From Laetmonice hystrix (taxonomy: Eukaryota), in assembly GCA_965235115.1 (NCBI GenBank), contig OZ249437.1, positions 21,204,001 through 21,268,000 of the forward strand: a stretch of DNA of 64,000 nucleotides. Reading direction: 5' to 3'. A program made the translations under genes and the position numbers. A model generated the notes under the pieces. The model made no database searches. It saw nothing but the letters and a program-made list of their open reading frames with translations, and was not told where the DNA came from. This document shows, one piece after another, positions 39,031 through 51,656 of this stretch. Positions within the stretch are counted from its first letter, which is position 1. Each line of letters opens with the position of its first letter.

Positions 39031-40107
39031 CGTTGGGCAAACACTAGGAGAAACATCAACTCTACGTCATAACCTAATCATGTTTTGTTATAATACAGTT
39101 GAATGAGAATGAGAATGACCCGTAGATAGTTTAGGTTTATTTTGGACACCCTCGTCTAGTGACCTCCAACACATACATACCCCAGCTCACGTGCATGTCT
39201 GGGTACACGTGTGTCAGAGCTGTGGGTGAGGGTGGATGACCTTGCGACAATTACCATTCTACCCCCACAAACACGTTCTAACTGAGTGTATCGACCCCAG
39301 ACCACCTCGTGTTGGCGACTTTTACATGCTTATTTTACATTCACTGCTTTCGTTGTTCTCAGGGTTTCACCCGTGCACGCCACGGACACGGGAGCGGAAA
39401 GGAAGGGGGTTGCCATTTAAAAGCATGTATTCAAGGCAAGCAGGGGGTATGAGCTACATGTTAGGGGGTGTTAACCATGGGAAGGGGGTGGGGGAGTCCA
39501 GGGCCATGGCCTTGTCAACACACCGTCCAGCACCGCCTCTCAGAACCTTCGACCATATGCTTCAATATGCAACCACAAAGCTGCTACACAAGCCGCAATA
39601 TTATTCGCGGTTGAAAACGCAGTTACATCAATGGAGAGTGCAACAGTGGCAAACAGCGGACAGAGAGACAGAGGGGAGAAAGACAGAAAGACGGGAACTG
39701 GTAGGAGCAGATGTTGTTGGTTGACCCCTGAACCTGATCACAGATCGACAGACACCGTACAGCCCAGGTGAAACTTGTCAGGTGAACCATCTTAAACATC
39801 CGACACGCATGCGCAGAGGTTTCCTTTGAGAAACTTCTAGAATTGATACTAATGCATGCCTCGGTGTCACAGTAAAAGTAGCCACTGAGATGATACATGA
39901 AAGCGGCGTTCCATGTAGACAGTTGTTACCGTTAGTCGTGTCTCCATCTGCTCCACGAGCACAATCTGGGCGCGGTCATTGTCACATCGGACGACCTTCA
40001 AACGACCTTCAAACGTCGTGATGGTCTGTGATCACGAGCCGTGGCGCCGTTCACGCGAGGTTCGGCGAGACCGCACGGCCGACCTATCATGTCGTCACCA
40101 GTGTCGG

Positions 40108-41938
40108 TGGTCTACACCCGGACTGGGGCGGTATCTACACCCGGACTGGGGCGGTATCTACACCCGGACTGGGGCGGTATCTACACCCGGACTGGGGCGG
40201 TATCTACACCCGGACTGGGGCGGTATCTACACCCGGACTGGGGGCGGTATCTACACCCGGACTGGGGCGGTATCTACACCCGGACTAGGGCGGTATCTAC
40301 ACCCGGACTGGGGCGGTATCTACACCCGGACTGGGGCGGTATCTACACCCGGACTAGGGCGGTATCTACACCCGGACAGAGGGCGGTATCTACACCCGGA
40401 CTGGGGGCGCTATCTACACCCGGACTGGGGCGGTATCTACACCCGGACTGGGGCGGTATCTACACCCAGACAGAGGGCGGTATCTACATCCGGACAGAGG
40501 GCGGTATCTACACCCGGACTGGGGCGGTATCTACACCCGGACTAGGGCGGTATCTACACCCGGACTGGGGCGGTATCTACACCCGGACTAGGGCGGTATC
40601 TACACCCGGACTGGGGCGGTATCTACACCCGGACTAGGGCGGTATCTACACCCGGACTAGGGCGGTATATACACCCGGACTGGGGCGGTATCTACACCCG
40701 GACAGAGGGCGGTATCTACACCCGGACTGGGGCGGTATCTACACCCGGACAGAGGGCGGTATCTACACCCGGACTTGGGCGGTATCTACACCCGGACTGG
40801 GGCGGTATCTACACCCGGACTGGGACGGTATCTACACCCGGACTGGGGCGGTATCTACACCCGGACTGGGGCGGTATCTACAGCCGGGCAGAGGGCGGTA
40901 TCTACACCCGGACTGGGGCGGTATCTACACCCGGACTGGGGCGGTATCTACACCCGGACTGGGGCGGTATCTACACCCGGCCCTGGATTTTAGTTCGTTA
41001 TTTTACCACTCTTAAGACGGAAATTTTAAGACTGACTTGTGTTATGGTCTCTCATTGGCTGACTTCATTTGAAGGACCAATCAGAAGCTCTGAAACAAGA
41101 GTTGAGTCTTAAGATTTGAATCTTAAGACTCGGTTTGCAAACTAAAAACCAGGGCCAGAGAACGGTATATCTATACACCCGGACTAGGGCGGTATCTACA
41201 CCCGGACTGGGGCGGTATCTACACCCGGACAGAGGGCGGTATCTACACCCGGACTGGGGCGGTATCTACACCCGGACTGGGGCGGTATCTACACCCGGAC
41301 TAGGGCGGTATCTACACCCGGACTGGGGCGGTATCTACACCCGGACAGAGGGCGGTATCTACACCCGGACTAGGGCGGTATCTACACCCGGACAGAGGGC
41401 GGTATCTACACCCGGACTGGGGCGGTATCTACACCCGGACTGGGGCGGTATCTACACCCGGACAGAGGGCGGTATCTACACCCGGACAGAGGGCGGTATC
41501 TACACCCGGACAGAGGGCGGTATCTACACCCGGACTGGGGCGGTATCTACACCCGGACTGGGGCGGTATCTACACCCGGACAGAGGGCGGTATCTACACC
41601 CGGACAGAGGGCGGTATCTACACCCGGACAGAGGGCGGTATCTACACCCGGACTGGGGCGGTATCTACACCCGGACTGGGGCGGTATCTACACCCGGACT
41701 GGGACGGTATCTACACCCGGACTGGGGCGGTATCTACACCCGGACTGGGACGGTATCTACACCCGGACTGGGGCGGTATCTACACCCGGACTGGGGCGGT
41801 ATCTACAGCCGGGCAGAGGGCGGTATCTACACCCGGACTGGGGCGGTATCTACACCCGGACTGGGGCGGTATCTACACCCGGACTGGGGCGGTATCTACA
41901 CCCGGTCTGGGGCGGTATCTACACCCGGACATGGGGCG
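40108..41938. repeat. Minisatellite, 23-bp unit x~70, interrupted by a MITE
   Basis: TATCTACACCCGGACTGGGGCGG with CAGAGG and CTAGGG variants. Confidence 0.98.
40979..41156. mobile_element. 178-bp Harbinger-like MITE
   Basis: TIR GGCCCTGG(A/T)TTTTAGTT (16/17), TCTTAAGA subterminal motifs, central inverted CCAAT pair; no clean TSD. Confidence 0.75.
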
Positions 41939-42109
41939 GTCATGTTAGTTTTTCCAAAGAAGATGAGTTTAAAATCTTCCCTTTGCTATAAATCCCACTG
42001 GAAATCCCGTTAGTAAATAACGAACGGAGATTAAGTGAAAGAAACACTCCCCCAGCCTGCGAGTTTTACCGTCTTCAATGTACACATTCTCTGCGGGAAC
42101 AACATAACT

Positions 42110-42948
42110 ATTCAGACTCACAGAAACATTCTCAGCGGGAAGTGTAACAGCAGAACTATTGCGACTCACAGAAACATTCTCAGCGGGAAGTATAACAGCA
42201 GAACTATTGAGACTCACAGAAACATTCTCAGCGGGAGGTGTAACAGCAGAACTATTGAGACTCACAGAAACATTCTCAGCGGGAAGTGTAACAGCAGAAC
42301 TATTGAGACTCGCAGAAACATTCTCAGCGGGAAGTATAACATCAGAACTATTGAGACTCACAGAAACTTTCTCAGCGGGAAGTGTAACAGCAGAACTATT
42401 GAGACTCACAGAAACATTCTCAGCGGGAGGTGTAACAGCAGAACTATTGAGACTCACAGAAACATTCTCAGCGAGAAGTGTAACAGAACTATTGAGACTC
42501 ACAGAAACATTCTCAGCGGGAAGTGTAACAGCAGAACTATTGAGACTCGCAGAAACATTCTCAGCGGGAAGTGTAACAGAAGAACTATTTGAGACTCGCA
42601 GAAACATTCTCAGCGGGAAGTGTAACAGAAGAACTATTGAGACTCACAGAAACATTCTCAGCGGGAAGTGTAACAGCAGAACTATTGAGACTCGCAGAGA
42701 CATTCTCAGCGGGAAGTGTAACAGCAGAACTATTGCGACTCACAGAAACATTCTCAGCGGGAAGTGTAACAGAACTATTGAGACTCACAGAAACATTCTC
42801 AGCGGGAAGTGTAACAGGAGAACTATTGAGACTCGCAGAAACATTCTCAGCGGGAAGTATAACATCAGGACTATTGAGACTCACAGAAACATTCTCAGCG
42901 GGAAGTGTAACAGAAGAACTATTGCGACTCGCAGAAACATTCTCAGCG
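42110..42948. repeat. Minisatellite, 48-bp unit (45-bp variants) x~17
   Basis: GAGACTCACAGAAACATTCTCAGCGGGAAGTGTAACAGCAGAACTATT repeated. Confidence 0.97.
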
Positions 42949-43747
42949 CAGATTTAACAACACTAGAAACATTTATATTGAGACAGGCGGAACAACACAC
43001 CGTGTGCCTTGCCAGTCAAGCATTATTCGCCCGCCATTAATCACTATGGTAACCATGAACTGATTAATAAACTCATGTTATGATCGAACCTGCATGGAAA
43101 GAACACCGCAGGAAATACATGCACCACACAGCGAATAGCGCCTCGGGATGGAGAAGCAATATTCATGGAAAACCAAATTAAATACAACCAGTAGTAAGCC
43201 TGGCTCACATAGTTTCTAACACTTCGAAACACCCAGGAAACCTTCTGTTATTCTTGAAGGCATGCCAATTAATTTGGTTATAACTAAATGGGAAATTGGG
43301 CATTTCATATGAAATGCAAGAGGAATATTTTCTCTAGTCTTCCGTTATGAGTGTGTGGTCCAAAATGTCATAGTGTTTTAGATCCTGTCACAATTATGTG
43401 AGTAATACTGTCGCCAAAGTCGAGTGGCTCTTAACTTTATTTAAGCCTATTCATCTTGAAAACTCTGTCTTGTATAGTCCGCATGCAAGTTACAGCAGCA
43501 ATGCAGACTATAGGCGCCTATTGAATCTATAGGGGCCTAGCAATGCAGTGATAGTCAAAGTGATATTTCTATGCCTTAATATGTGCACGAGGCGAAGCAG
43601 AGTGCACGTATATAAGATATAACGATGTACAGTACTTGAAAGAATAAAAACGTATACAGCTGACAACTCTATATATAAAGTACAGTATGATCATTCTAAT
43701 CGAGACCAAATGGCGTCTAAATTAACCGCGCGCTAATAATTGCACTA

Positions 43748-43964
43748 AAGTGCTGAACCCACCAAGGCGATTCCCCTTGCGACGCCCATGCGATTTTGAC
43801 ATCACCCTTTTATTTTACTGTAATTTTGAGATTAAAGGATGGAACCCATTTCCTGAAACAGAGAAGGCCAGCCAGGAGAAATTTCAGTGAAAAATTCCAC
43901 CAATAAATCAAAAACCGCATGGCCGTCGCAAGGGGAATCGCCTTGCATGGTGTGTTCAGCACTT
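43748..43964. mobile_element. 217-bp MITE with ~55-bp imperfect TIRs and apparent TA duplication
   Basis: TA|AAGTGCTGAAC…AAGGCGATTCCCCTTGCGACG and CGTCGCAAGGGGAATCGCCTT…GTTCAGCACTT|TA; superfamily not assigned. Confidence 0.75.
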
Positions 43965-46900
43965 TATAGTCTACTGACTTCCTTCTGTCGTCTTTGGTGT
44001 TATGTTAGGCCTAGTGGCTACCGTTAAAGCTTTTTGATTTTACGGTAAATCATAATAGTGAAATGCCTAAATGGGCCGGCCGGCCGGGCCAGTAGATCAG
44101 GTCCTGCATGCATGTAAGGGCCTATAACCATAGATGTGTATATCTATAGGCCTATAGGCCTAGATGCCGCTTAAACCCCATTATCATAACCCCCAGTATC
44201 ATTGCTCAGTTCATGTGTCTCAAATAGGCCTACAACTTATTTGATAAACACTTATAGGCCTAGTGTTCATACCTGCCTATAAATCGTAAATAAAATGGCA
44301 CTATAGCAGGGCCTATATAGGGCCTATAAATACCACTTGAGTTGACGTCACTGTTGGGTTTGCTTTGGTCTGTTATAATAAATTATTCTTGTCATTGCCG
44401 AGGCCAGGGAGTATCATATTATCCTGTCTCTCAGTGCCGATTGTCCCTGTCGTAGTGCTGGTCTGTGGTGAGGACATCGAGAAGCCGTCATGACATTCCG
44501 ATGGACTCGTTCTGTCCACAAACTGCACTTCTGGGCACAGCCTGCCCCTACACACGTCACTTCTACATCAACATTTAACAAATTTATATCGCGTTTCAAG
44601 CCACTGCACGAGCGCCCTTTTCGCGCTGCGTCACTCGGCCGTAGCGGTATTTTGTCGTCGGAATTCGACGCCTTTTTGACGCTGTCGTCACAATACGACT
44701 GTCGTCTGCCATGTCGGGTTCCCGACGCGTCTTTCTCGACATTACAAGCCTTGTCGACAGCGCACAAAAGGAAATGTATAGGGGTACTTTGAAAACGATC
44801 GCTAGTGCCTTTTTTTAAATATTAATACCGAAATCTGTTAGTTTTGTGAATACGTTTGCCTGTGCGCGTTAAGAGGATAGCGTTTCATCTAATCCGGGCA
44901 CACTAATGTGTTTACACATGTCATTTTGTCGTCGAGGGGCACACTACAAAGGCCCGACAGGGTCCCACTGAGAGTCGAGAAGTCCGCCCACAACCATGTC
45001 AATTGACCGACCAGGGCAGCGCCGCCTGTCGGCCTGGAGTCTCACCAGTCAGTGAAACTGCAGAGAACGAAGCGTGCTTCATTTCCTTCTAGACTCATGA
45101 AATCTTCGCCGTCAAACTTTGGGTGAAATCACACGAACAGAAAAACCTTTTCGTTGGCATAAACTTTACCAAATATTCTTTGAAACTGTTGAAACGGTAG
45201 ACTTCTTGGAGACAGACACATCTAAATTCAATGAAGGGTGTACGGTGACTGTGTGTAGAAAAACTCGCACGCACTGTAAACAGTTGTTGTTCTGCTGTGG
45301 ACACAGGCGCAGTGCGGCGCTATAGGGGGACGGTAAACGGTGGGCAGCAGCAGCGGCAGCGCCGGCCAGGCCCCCACCGCCCGGCCCCACCCCCCGGCAG
45401 GCCGACCAACCGACCGACTCCCACCGCTTACAGCGCGCCCCACCACCGCCAACAATAGACCACCGCACCACCGTGAATTACCGGCTTTGGGCGCGATCAA
45501 ATCACTGAACAAACCAGGCCTCGAAATCGGAGAAAAATACAGTCTCTGTTTTCTGCAAAAGGAGAGATGGGCAGCGAATTTCACGCCCTACGCTGTGCTA
45601 TCGGACAATGCAATGTGCGCGCATTTTGCACGGCTGGCGACTCTGTCCGTGTGAGTGGTCGTAAAGAAAGACCAGACCCTGCGCGGCCTCAGCTGGGCTC
45701 CCAACCCGCTGTGGACACAACAAGTTTTCTTTTCCAACTCATTACCACATCATGGCGCATCTCGTCACGCCGTTCTCGCTAGGTGGCGGGGCAGGCGACC
45801 CTGGCCAGGAGCGTGACCTAACCACAGCCCTTCTCCCTCCATGGTGAAAGCGTTTTCAACGACGCCTGCAACAGTTTCACAACTTTTTTTTAAAATTTAC
45901 ATTTTAGACAAATATAGCCCCGGCACTAGCCTGACAGACGAGGTATGGTGGCTAGGTCAAGATGCTCAAACCCCCCTCAAAATTACGCGTGTTTAGCCCG
46001 TAGGGACTGGCTTTTTGTGACATATAATGTGGTAGCAATATTTTGTCGTACACTGAGATTTGTATTCAGAGAGACAGCAGGTTATAACAGTTTTGACCCC
46101 CGAAAGTTTCAGCTGTAGAATACAGTAATTTCTGACAATTAGAAACAGGAGTAGCTCTCTATGAGAGAAGGGGTGTTAGGAACGGCTATTGTAGAATATC
46201 GCACGTCCCAGGGCTGACGGTTAGGGTTTCAGTTTTTGTTCACAAACAGAATATAACATGTTTTGTAGGGGTTTCTTTAAACACGGCTGTCTCCTTCGTG
46301 GCGGCGGAGAGGGGCGCGGGTGAGGACAAACGAGCGGGGATAATAATTTGAACCGTGTTGGCGAATTATTGTTGTGAGGGTGGGGGTACAGCTGGGAACA
46401 GTAGGGGTGGAACAGCGCACCCCCGGCAGGGAGTCTTTGTAAGGCGGGCCGGGGGAGGGGAGGTTTCCCGAGCCTCCCTGCACCCACCCCCCGCCATGCC
46501 CTGCCGTACGGGGGTCTTATCTCTACCCCAATCGTCACCCTCCAAGTGAGAACAACCCGTCGGTTCAATGTCTCCACCACCGCCGACTGCGACACGCAAC
46601 TGAAAAAATAGGACGCGATATTAGACATCTATGGAATTAATTAAAACCGAGGTCGGTGGCGAGTGTCGGGAGGTTTTGTAGAGAGGAGATTCGGTATAAT
46701 GAATGGACAGTACCCGGCCCAAGGAGAGCATGGGGCCGCGTGATCTCTGACTCGGTCAAACTGGCACTGGTCATTTATAGATCACATTCCCGTGGATGTA
46801 GACATCGACGCTAGCGCCACCTGCCGTCAGACGTGGAGTTTAACCATGCTGTGGTGGCGCTGCTGTGTGCTCGACTCCACTCAATGTTTTCTATGTCCGA

Positions 46901-47030
46901 TTTCTATGGACATATAGTGGCCTTTTTAATTCAGTGATAACTTTATCCAAATCACAAACACATCAGTCAGTGCATTATCTCGTTTAAGTTGGACTTTCTA
47001 CTATAAGAATATCAATGTACTTTATGAGAA
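46901..47030 (+). repeat. Dispersed ~130-bp repeat, copy 1
   Basis: Shares ATCCAAATC…ATCTCGTT(T/C)AAGTTGGACTTTCTACTAT with 51526-51656. Confidence 0.8.
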
Positions 47031-47245
47031 CAATCCGATGGCGTGTAAATAAAACATTAGTATATAAAAATTAGCTTCTGTCGAATACTCCCGGACTTCC
47101 CGTGGGAAGACTTCCCACCACCAAGTTCCCAAGTGTCCAAATACGTTCGGACCTCCATTCTTTGGTAAATTGTCAAAGGTGTCAGGCAACATTAATAGTA
47201 TTAAATGACAGAAATAGGAAATTGGCTTGCAAGTGGAAAGTCTCA

Positions 47246-49262
47246 CATGGAAGTTCCCATGGTAGATTATGACAAGGTTGTATAAAAGTGTAGGTAGCTC
47301 ACAGTATACTACCTCAATCCCTAGCTCCTCCTATACATGGAAGTTCCCATGGTAGATTAGGACAAGGTTGTATAAAACTGTAGGTAGCTCACAGTATACT
47401 GCCTCAATCCCTAGCTCCTCCTATACATGGAAGTTCCCATGGTAGATTAGGACAAGGTTGTATAAAAGTGTAGGTAGCTCTCAGTATACTACCTCAATCC
47501 CTAGCTCCTCCTATACATGGAAGTTCCCATGGTAGATTAGGACAAGGTTGTATAAAAGTGTAGGTAGCTCACAGTATACTGCCTCAATCCGTAGCTCCTC
47601 CTATACATGGAAGATTAGGACAAGGTTGTATAAAAGTGTAGGTAGCTCTCAGTATACTGCCTCAATCCCTAGCTCCTCCTATACATGGAAGTTCCCATGG
47701 TAGATTAGGACAAGGTTGTATAAAAGTGTAGGTAGCTCACAGTATACTGCCTCAATCCGTAGCTCCTCCTATACATGGAAGTTCCCATGGTAGATTAGGA
47801 CAAGGTTGTATAAAAGTGTAGGTAGCTCACAGTATACTACCTCAATCCCTAGCTCCTCCTATACATGGAAGTTCCCATGGAAGATTAGGACAAGGTTGTA
47901 TAAAAGTGTATGTAGCTCTCAGTATACTGCCTCAATCCCTAGCTCCTCCTATACATGGAAGTTCCCATGGTAGATTAGGACAAGGTTGTATAAAAGTGTA
48001 TTTAGCTCTCAGTATACTGCCTCAATCCCTAGCTCCTCCTATACATGGAAGTTCCCATGGTAGATTAGGACAAGGTTGTATAAAAGTGTAGGTAGCTCAC
48101 AGTATACTGCCTCAATCCCTAGCTCCTCCTATACATGGAAGTTCCCATGGTAGATTAGGACAAGGTTGTATAAAAGTGTAGGTAGCTCACAGTATACTAC
48201 CTCAATCCCTAGCTCCTCCTATACATGGAAGTTCCCATGGTAGATTAGGACAAGGTTGTATAAAAGTGTATGTAGCTCTCAGTATACTGCCTCAATCCCT
48301 AGCTCCTCCTATACATGGAAGTTCCCATGATAGATTAGGACAAGGTTGTATAAAAGTGTATGTAGCTCTCAGTATACTGCCTCAATCCCTAGCTCCTCCT
48401 ATACATGGAAGTTCCCATGGTAGATTAGGACAAGGTTGTATAAAAGTGTATGTAGCTCTCAGTATACTGCCTCAATCCCTAGCTCCTCCTATACATGGAA
48501 GTTCCCATGATAGATTAGGACAAGGTTGTATAAAAGTGTAGGTAGCTCTCAGTATACTGCCTCAATCCCTAGCTCCTCCTATACATGGTAGATTAGGACA
48601 AGGTTGTATAAAAGTGTAAGTAGCTCTCAATATACTACCTCAATCCCTAGCTCCTCCTGTACATGGAAGTTGCCATAGTAGATTAGGACAAGGTTGTATA
48701 GCTCTCAGTATACTGCCTCAATCCTATAGCTCCTCCTATACATGGTAAATTAGGACAAGGTTGTATAAAAGTGTAGGTAGCTCACAGTATAGTGCCTCAA
48801 TCCCTATAGCTCCTCCTATACATGGAAGTTCCCATGGTAGATTAGGACAAGGTTGTATAAAAGTTTATGTAGCTCACAGTATACTACCTCAATCCCTAGC
48901 TCCTCCTATACATGGAAGTTCCCATGATAGATTAGGACAAGGTTGTGTAAAAGTGTAGGTAGCTCTCAGTATACTACCTCAATCCCTAGCTCCTCCTATA
49001 CATGGTAAATTAGGACAAGGTTGTGTAAAAGTGTATGTAGCTCACAGTATACTACCTCAATCCCTAGCTCCTCCTATACATGGAAGTTCCCATGGTAGAT
49101 TATGACAAGGTTGTATAAAAGTGTAGGTAGCTCACAGTATACTGCCTCAATCCCTAGCTCCTCCTATACATGGAAGTTCCCATGGTAGATTAGGACAAGG
49201 TTGTATAAAAGTGTAGGTAGCTCACAGTATACTGCCTCAATCCCTAGCTCCCCCTATGCATG
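47246..49262. repeat. Minisatellite, 90-bp unit x~22 with deletion variants
   Basis: ACATGGAAGTTCCCATGGTAGATTAGGACAAGGTTGTATAAAAGTGTAGGTAGCTCACAGTATACTGCCTCAATCCCTAGCTCCTCCTAT repeated. Confidence 0.98.
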
Positions 49263-49914
49263 GCAGGAACGGCCCACCTAAAAAAATCACTGAAGCATTT
49301 TTTAAACGGCCCGTCGGAGGTCACTATTAAGGGTGTTCCCCATCATATCGGGTAACTGATAATGGTGGAGAGGGCGTGGCGTGTAGCGGGTGGGGGTAGG
49401 GGGTAGGGGGTATACCCCCACCCCTGTCTCATCCTCACTGACTCCCTGCGGGTTTCATACAGTCATTCACGACGACCCGTGAGAGTTGTTAAGTGTGCAT
49501 GGTCAGCCTGGTGTGAAGTACGAGCAGTAAGTACTGATATTGAGACTCGTCCCCGACCACGCACGGCCCTGACTGTCCGCCATATCCACGAACGGTCCAT
49601 GGCGGTGATTAAAGCTCGGGGAATAGCATGGGTTGGTTTCGTGCCGGTTGATTGGAGTTGTGCGCAGCCGTGGGATGATTGGACACGCCTGAGTGACTGA
49701 CATTGTGGTCAGATATCAGACACCTCACCTCCATCTGTCATTCACATCGAATCGGATTTATTATCTCTCGGAATATGTCTCTATTGTATTTTTATCATTC
49801 TCCTGCTGCTGCATATATCATAGATGTGTGTACGTGTAGCACATAATATAGCCCCCCCCCCTCATATATAAATGTGTTGTGATATTTAAGGTAAACCGCA
49901 ACTGGATACCAGTT

Positions 49915-50362
49915 TCAGACTGACGGTTGATATATCTGTTTGTATCAGACTGACGGTTGATATATCTGTTTGTATCAGACTGACGGTTGATATATCTGTT
50001 TGTATCAGACTGACGGTTGATATATCTGTTTGTATCAGACTGACGGTTGATATAATATCTGTTTGTATTAGACTGACGGTTGATATATCTGTTTGTATCA
50101 GACTGACGGTTGATATATCTGTTTGTATCAGACTGACGGTTGATATATCTGTTTGTATCAGACTGACGGTTGATATAATATCTGTTTGTATTAGACTGAC
50201 GGTTGATATATCTGTTTGTATCAGACTGACGGTTGATATATCTGTTTGTATCAGACTGACGGTTGATATATCTGTTTGTATCAGACTGACGGTTGATATA
50301 TCTGTTTGTATCAGACTGACGGTTGATATATCTGTTTCTATCAGACTGACGGTTGATATATA
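49915..50362. repeat. Minisatellite, 30-bp unit (33-bp variant) x~15
   Basis: TCAGACTGACGGTTGATATATCTGTTTGTA repeated. Confidence 0.97.
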
Positions 50363-51525
50363 TAATTATTGAAGTAAATGTGATGTAAAGTTATTGATAT
50401 AGTGAACCACGGAGGGTAGAGTTGTAGTTGCTGTAGCCGTGGTGTAGAGAGACTGACATATAGTGGGCCCCTAAACCAGTGTAAAAAGGAAAGTTAAAAA
50501 AAGGAGTGGGGGAGTCTGCTACAACCTGGTAAAAGGAAAGAAGGTGGAGTTATACCGAGACATACATGTATGTATACACGCAATGGGAAAATAATATAGG
50601 ATTTGATCTAAGCTCTTATATGTATTCTCCTTAATGTATGAAAACATCTTGAAAGAAAAAGACAATGTGTAAAATATATAGAAAGGGTTTTATCTCAGAA
50701 CACATACATGATAGTTTAAATACAACTATTATTGAGCACTCACTTCAATCTCACTAATATCCATGAAACTCACTTCTCCTCAGTTAATAAAACATCATTG
50801 TTTAATGGAGCCACAAATGTCGAACTGTGAGTGTGGATTCATTGTAGTTGATGTGCACTCAGAATTGAGTTGATTGTTTAGATTTGTTGCATACATCAAG
50901 TGTTTATGACCGATCATATTCATGATCAAAGCACAAGTACACAGGTATTAGATTTGAATTGAGCATGAAATGAAATACAAACATAAGAGCTGGTTTGGTT
51001 GGCCTTGTCCTATTAAAACACGGAATGTGTTGGCATAAATTTGGCCAAGGTCTCAAACAAGGAGAACTGCGAGTGGTCGGGTCGACCATATGTGGGTGTT
51101 TGACACCTTGTTTGACACCTTGAGTTCCTCAAGTCGATGTATTCCCGTGGTAAACGAGTGACTGATTATGAGTCTGTCGTAACAGACGGATAGTTGACAA
51201 GTAAAACTTTGTGTTAGCCCAGTCTGACCACCATCGTCGGTTTAGTCATCTCCGACCTGACACAAGGACATGTTGACGGCACGGACAGGGTGGCCTATAC
51301 AAATACAGTCGGCCACCATTGTGGGGGCAGATTGATTTCACTGCTGTCTCTTGGTTTTATGAGGGGTGACATGTTAGGGCACAGATGGTGGGGTGAGACG
51401 GCGAGGGTACCAGATTGGGGTGGGGTGGGTGGGGGCGGAGGGTAAACGGGTAATCGGCGGGTAATTCAGGAGGATCCCGCCAAAACTTAATACATGTTTG
51501 TATATCTCTCCCATATACTTATACG

Positions 51526-51656
51526 TATGGACAAAGTGACTTTTTTTTAATTCATTTTAACTTTATTATATCCAAATCAGCAAATACATCAATCAATGTA
51601 TCATCTCGTTCAAGTTGGACTTTCTACTATGAGAATATGAATATACTTTATTAGAA
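51526..51656 (+). repeat. Dispersed ~130-bp repeat, copy 2
   Basis: Aligns by eye to 46901-47030. Confidence 0.8.

Noticed and set aside
44373-44792. Overlapping 60-117-aa ORFs in a CpG-rich patch
   Set aside because: No recognisable domain or consistent frame; RNA-seq would be needed to exclude an exon.
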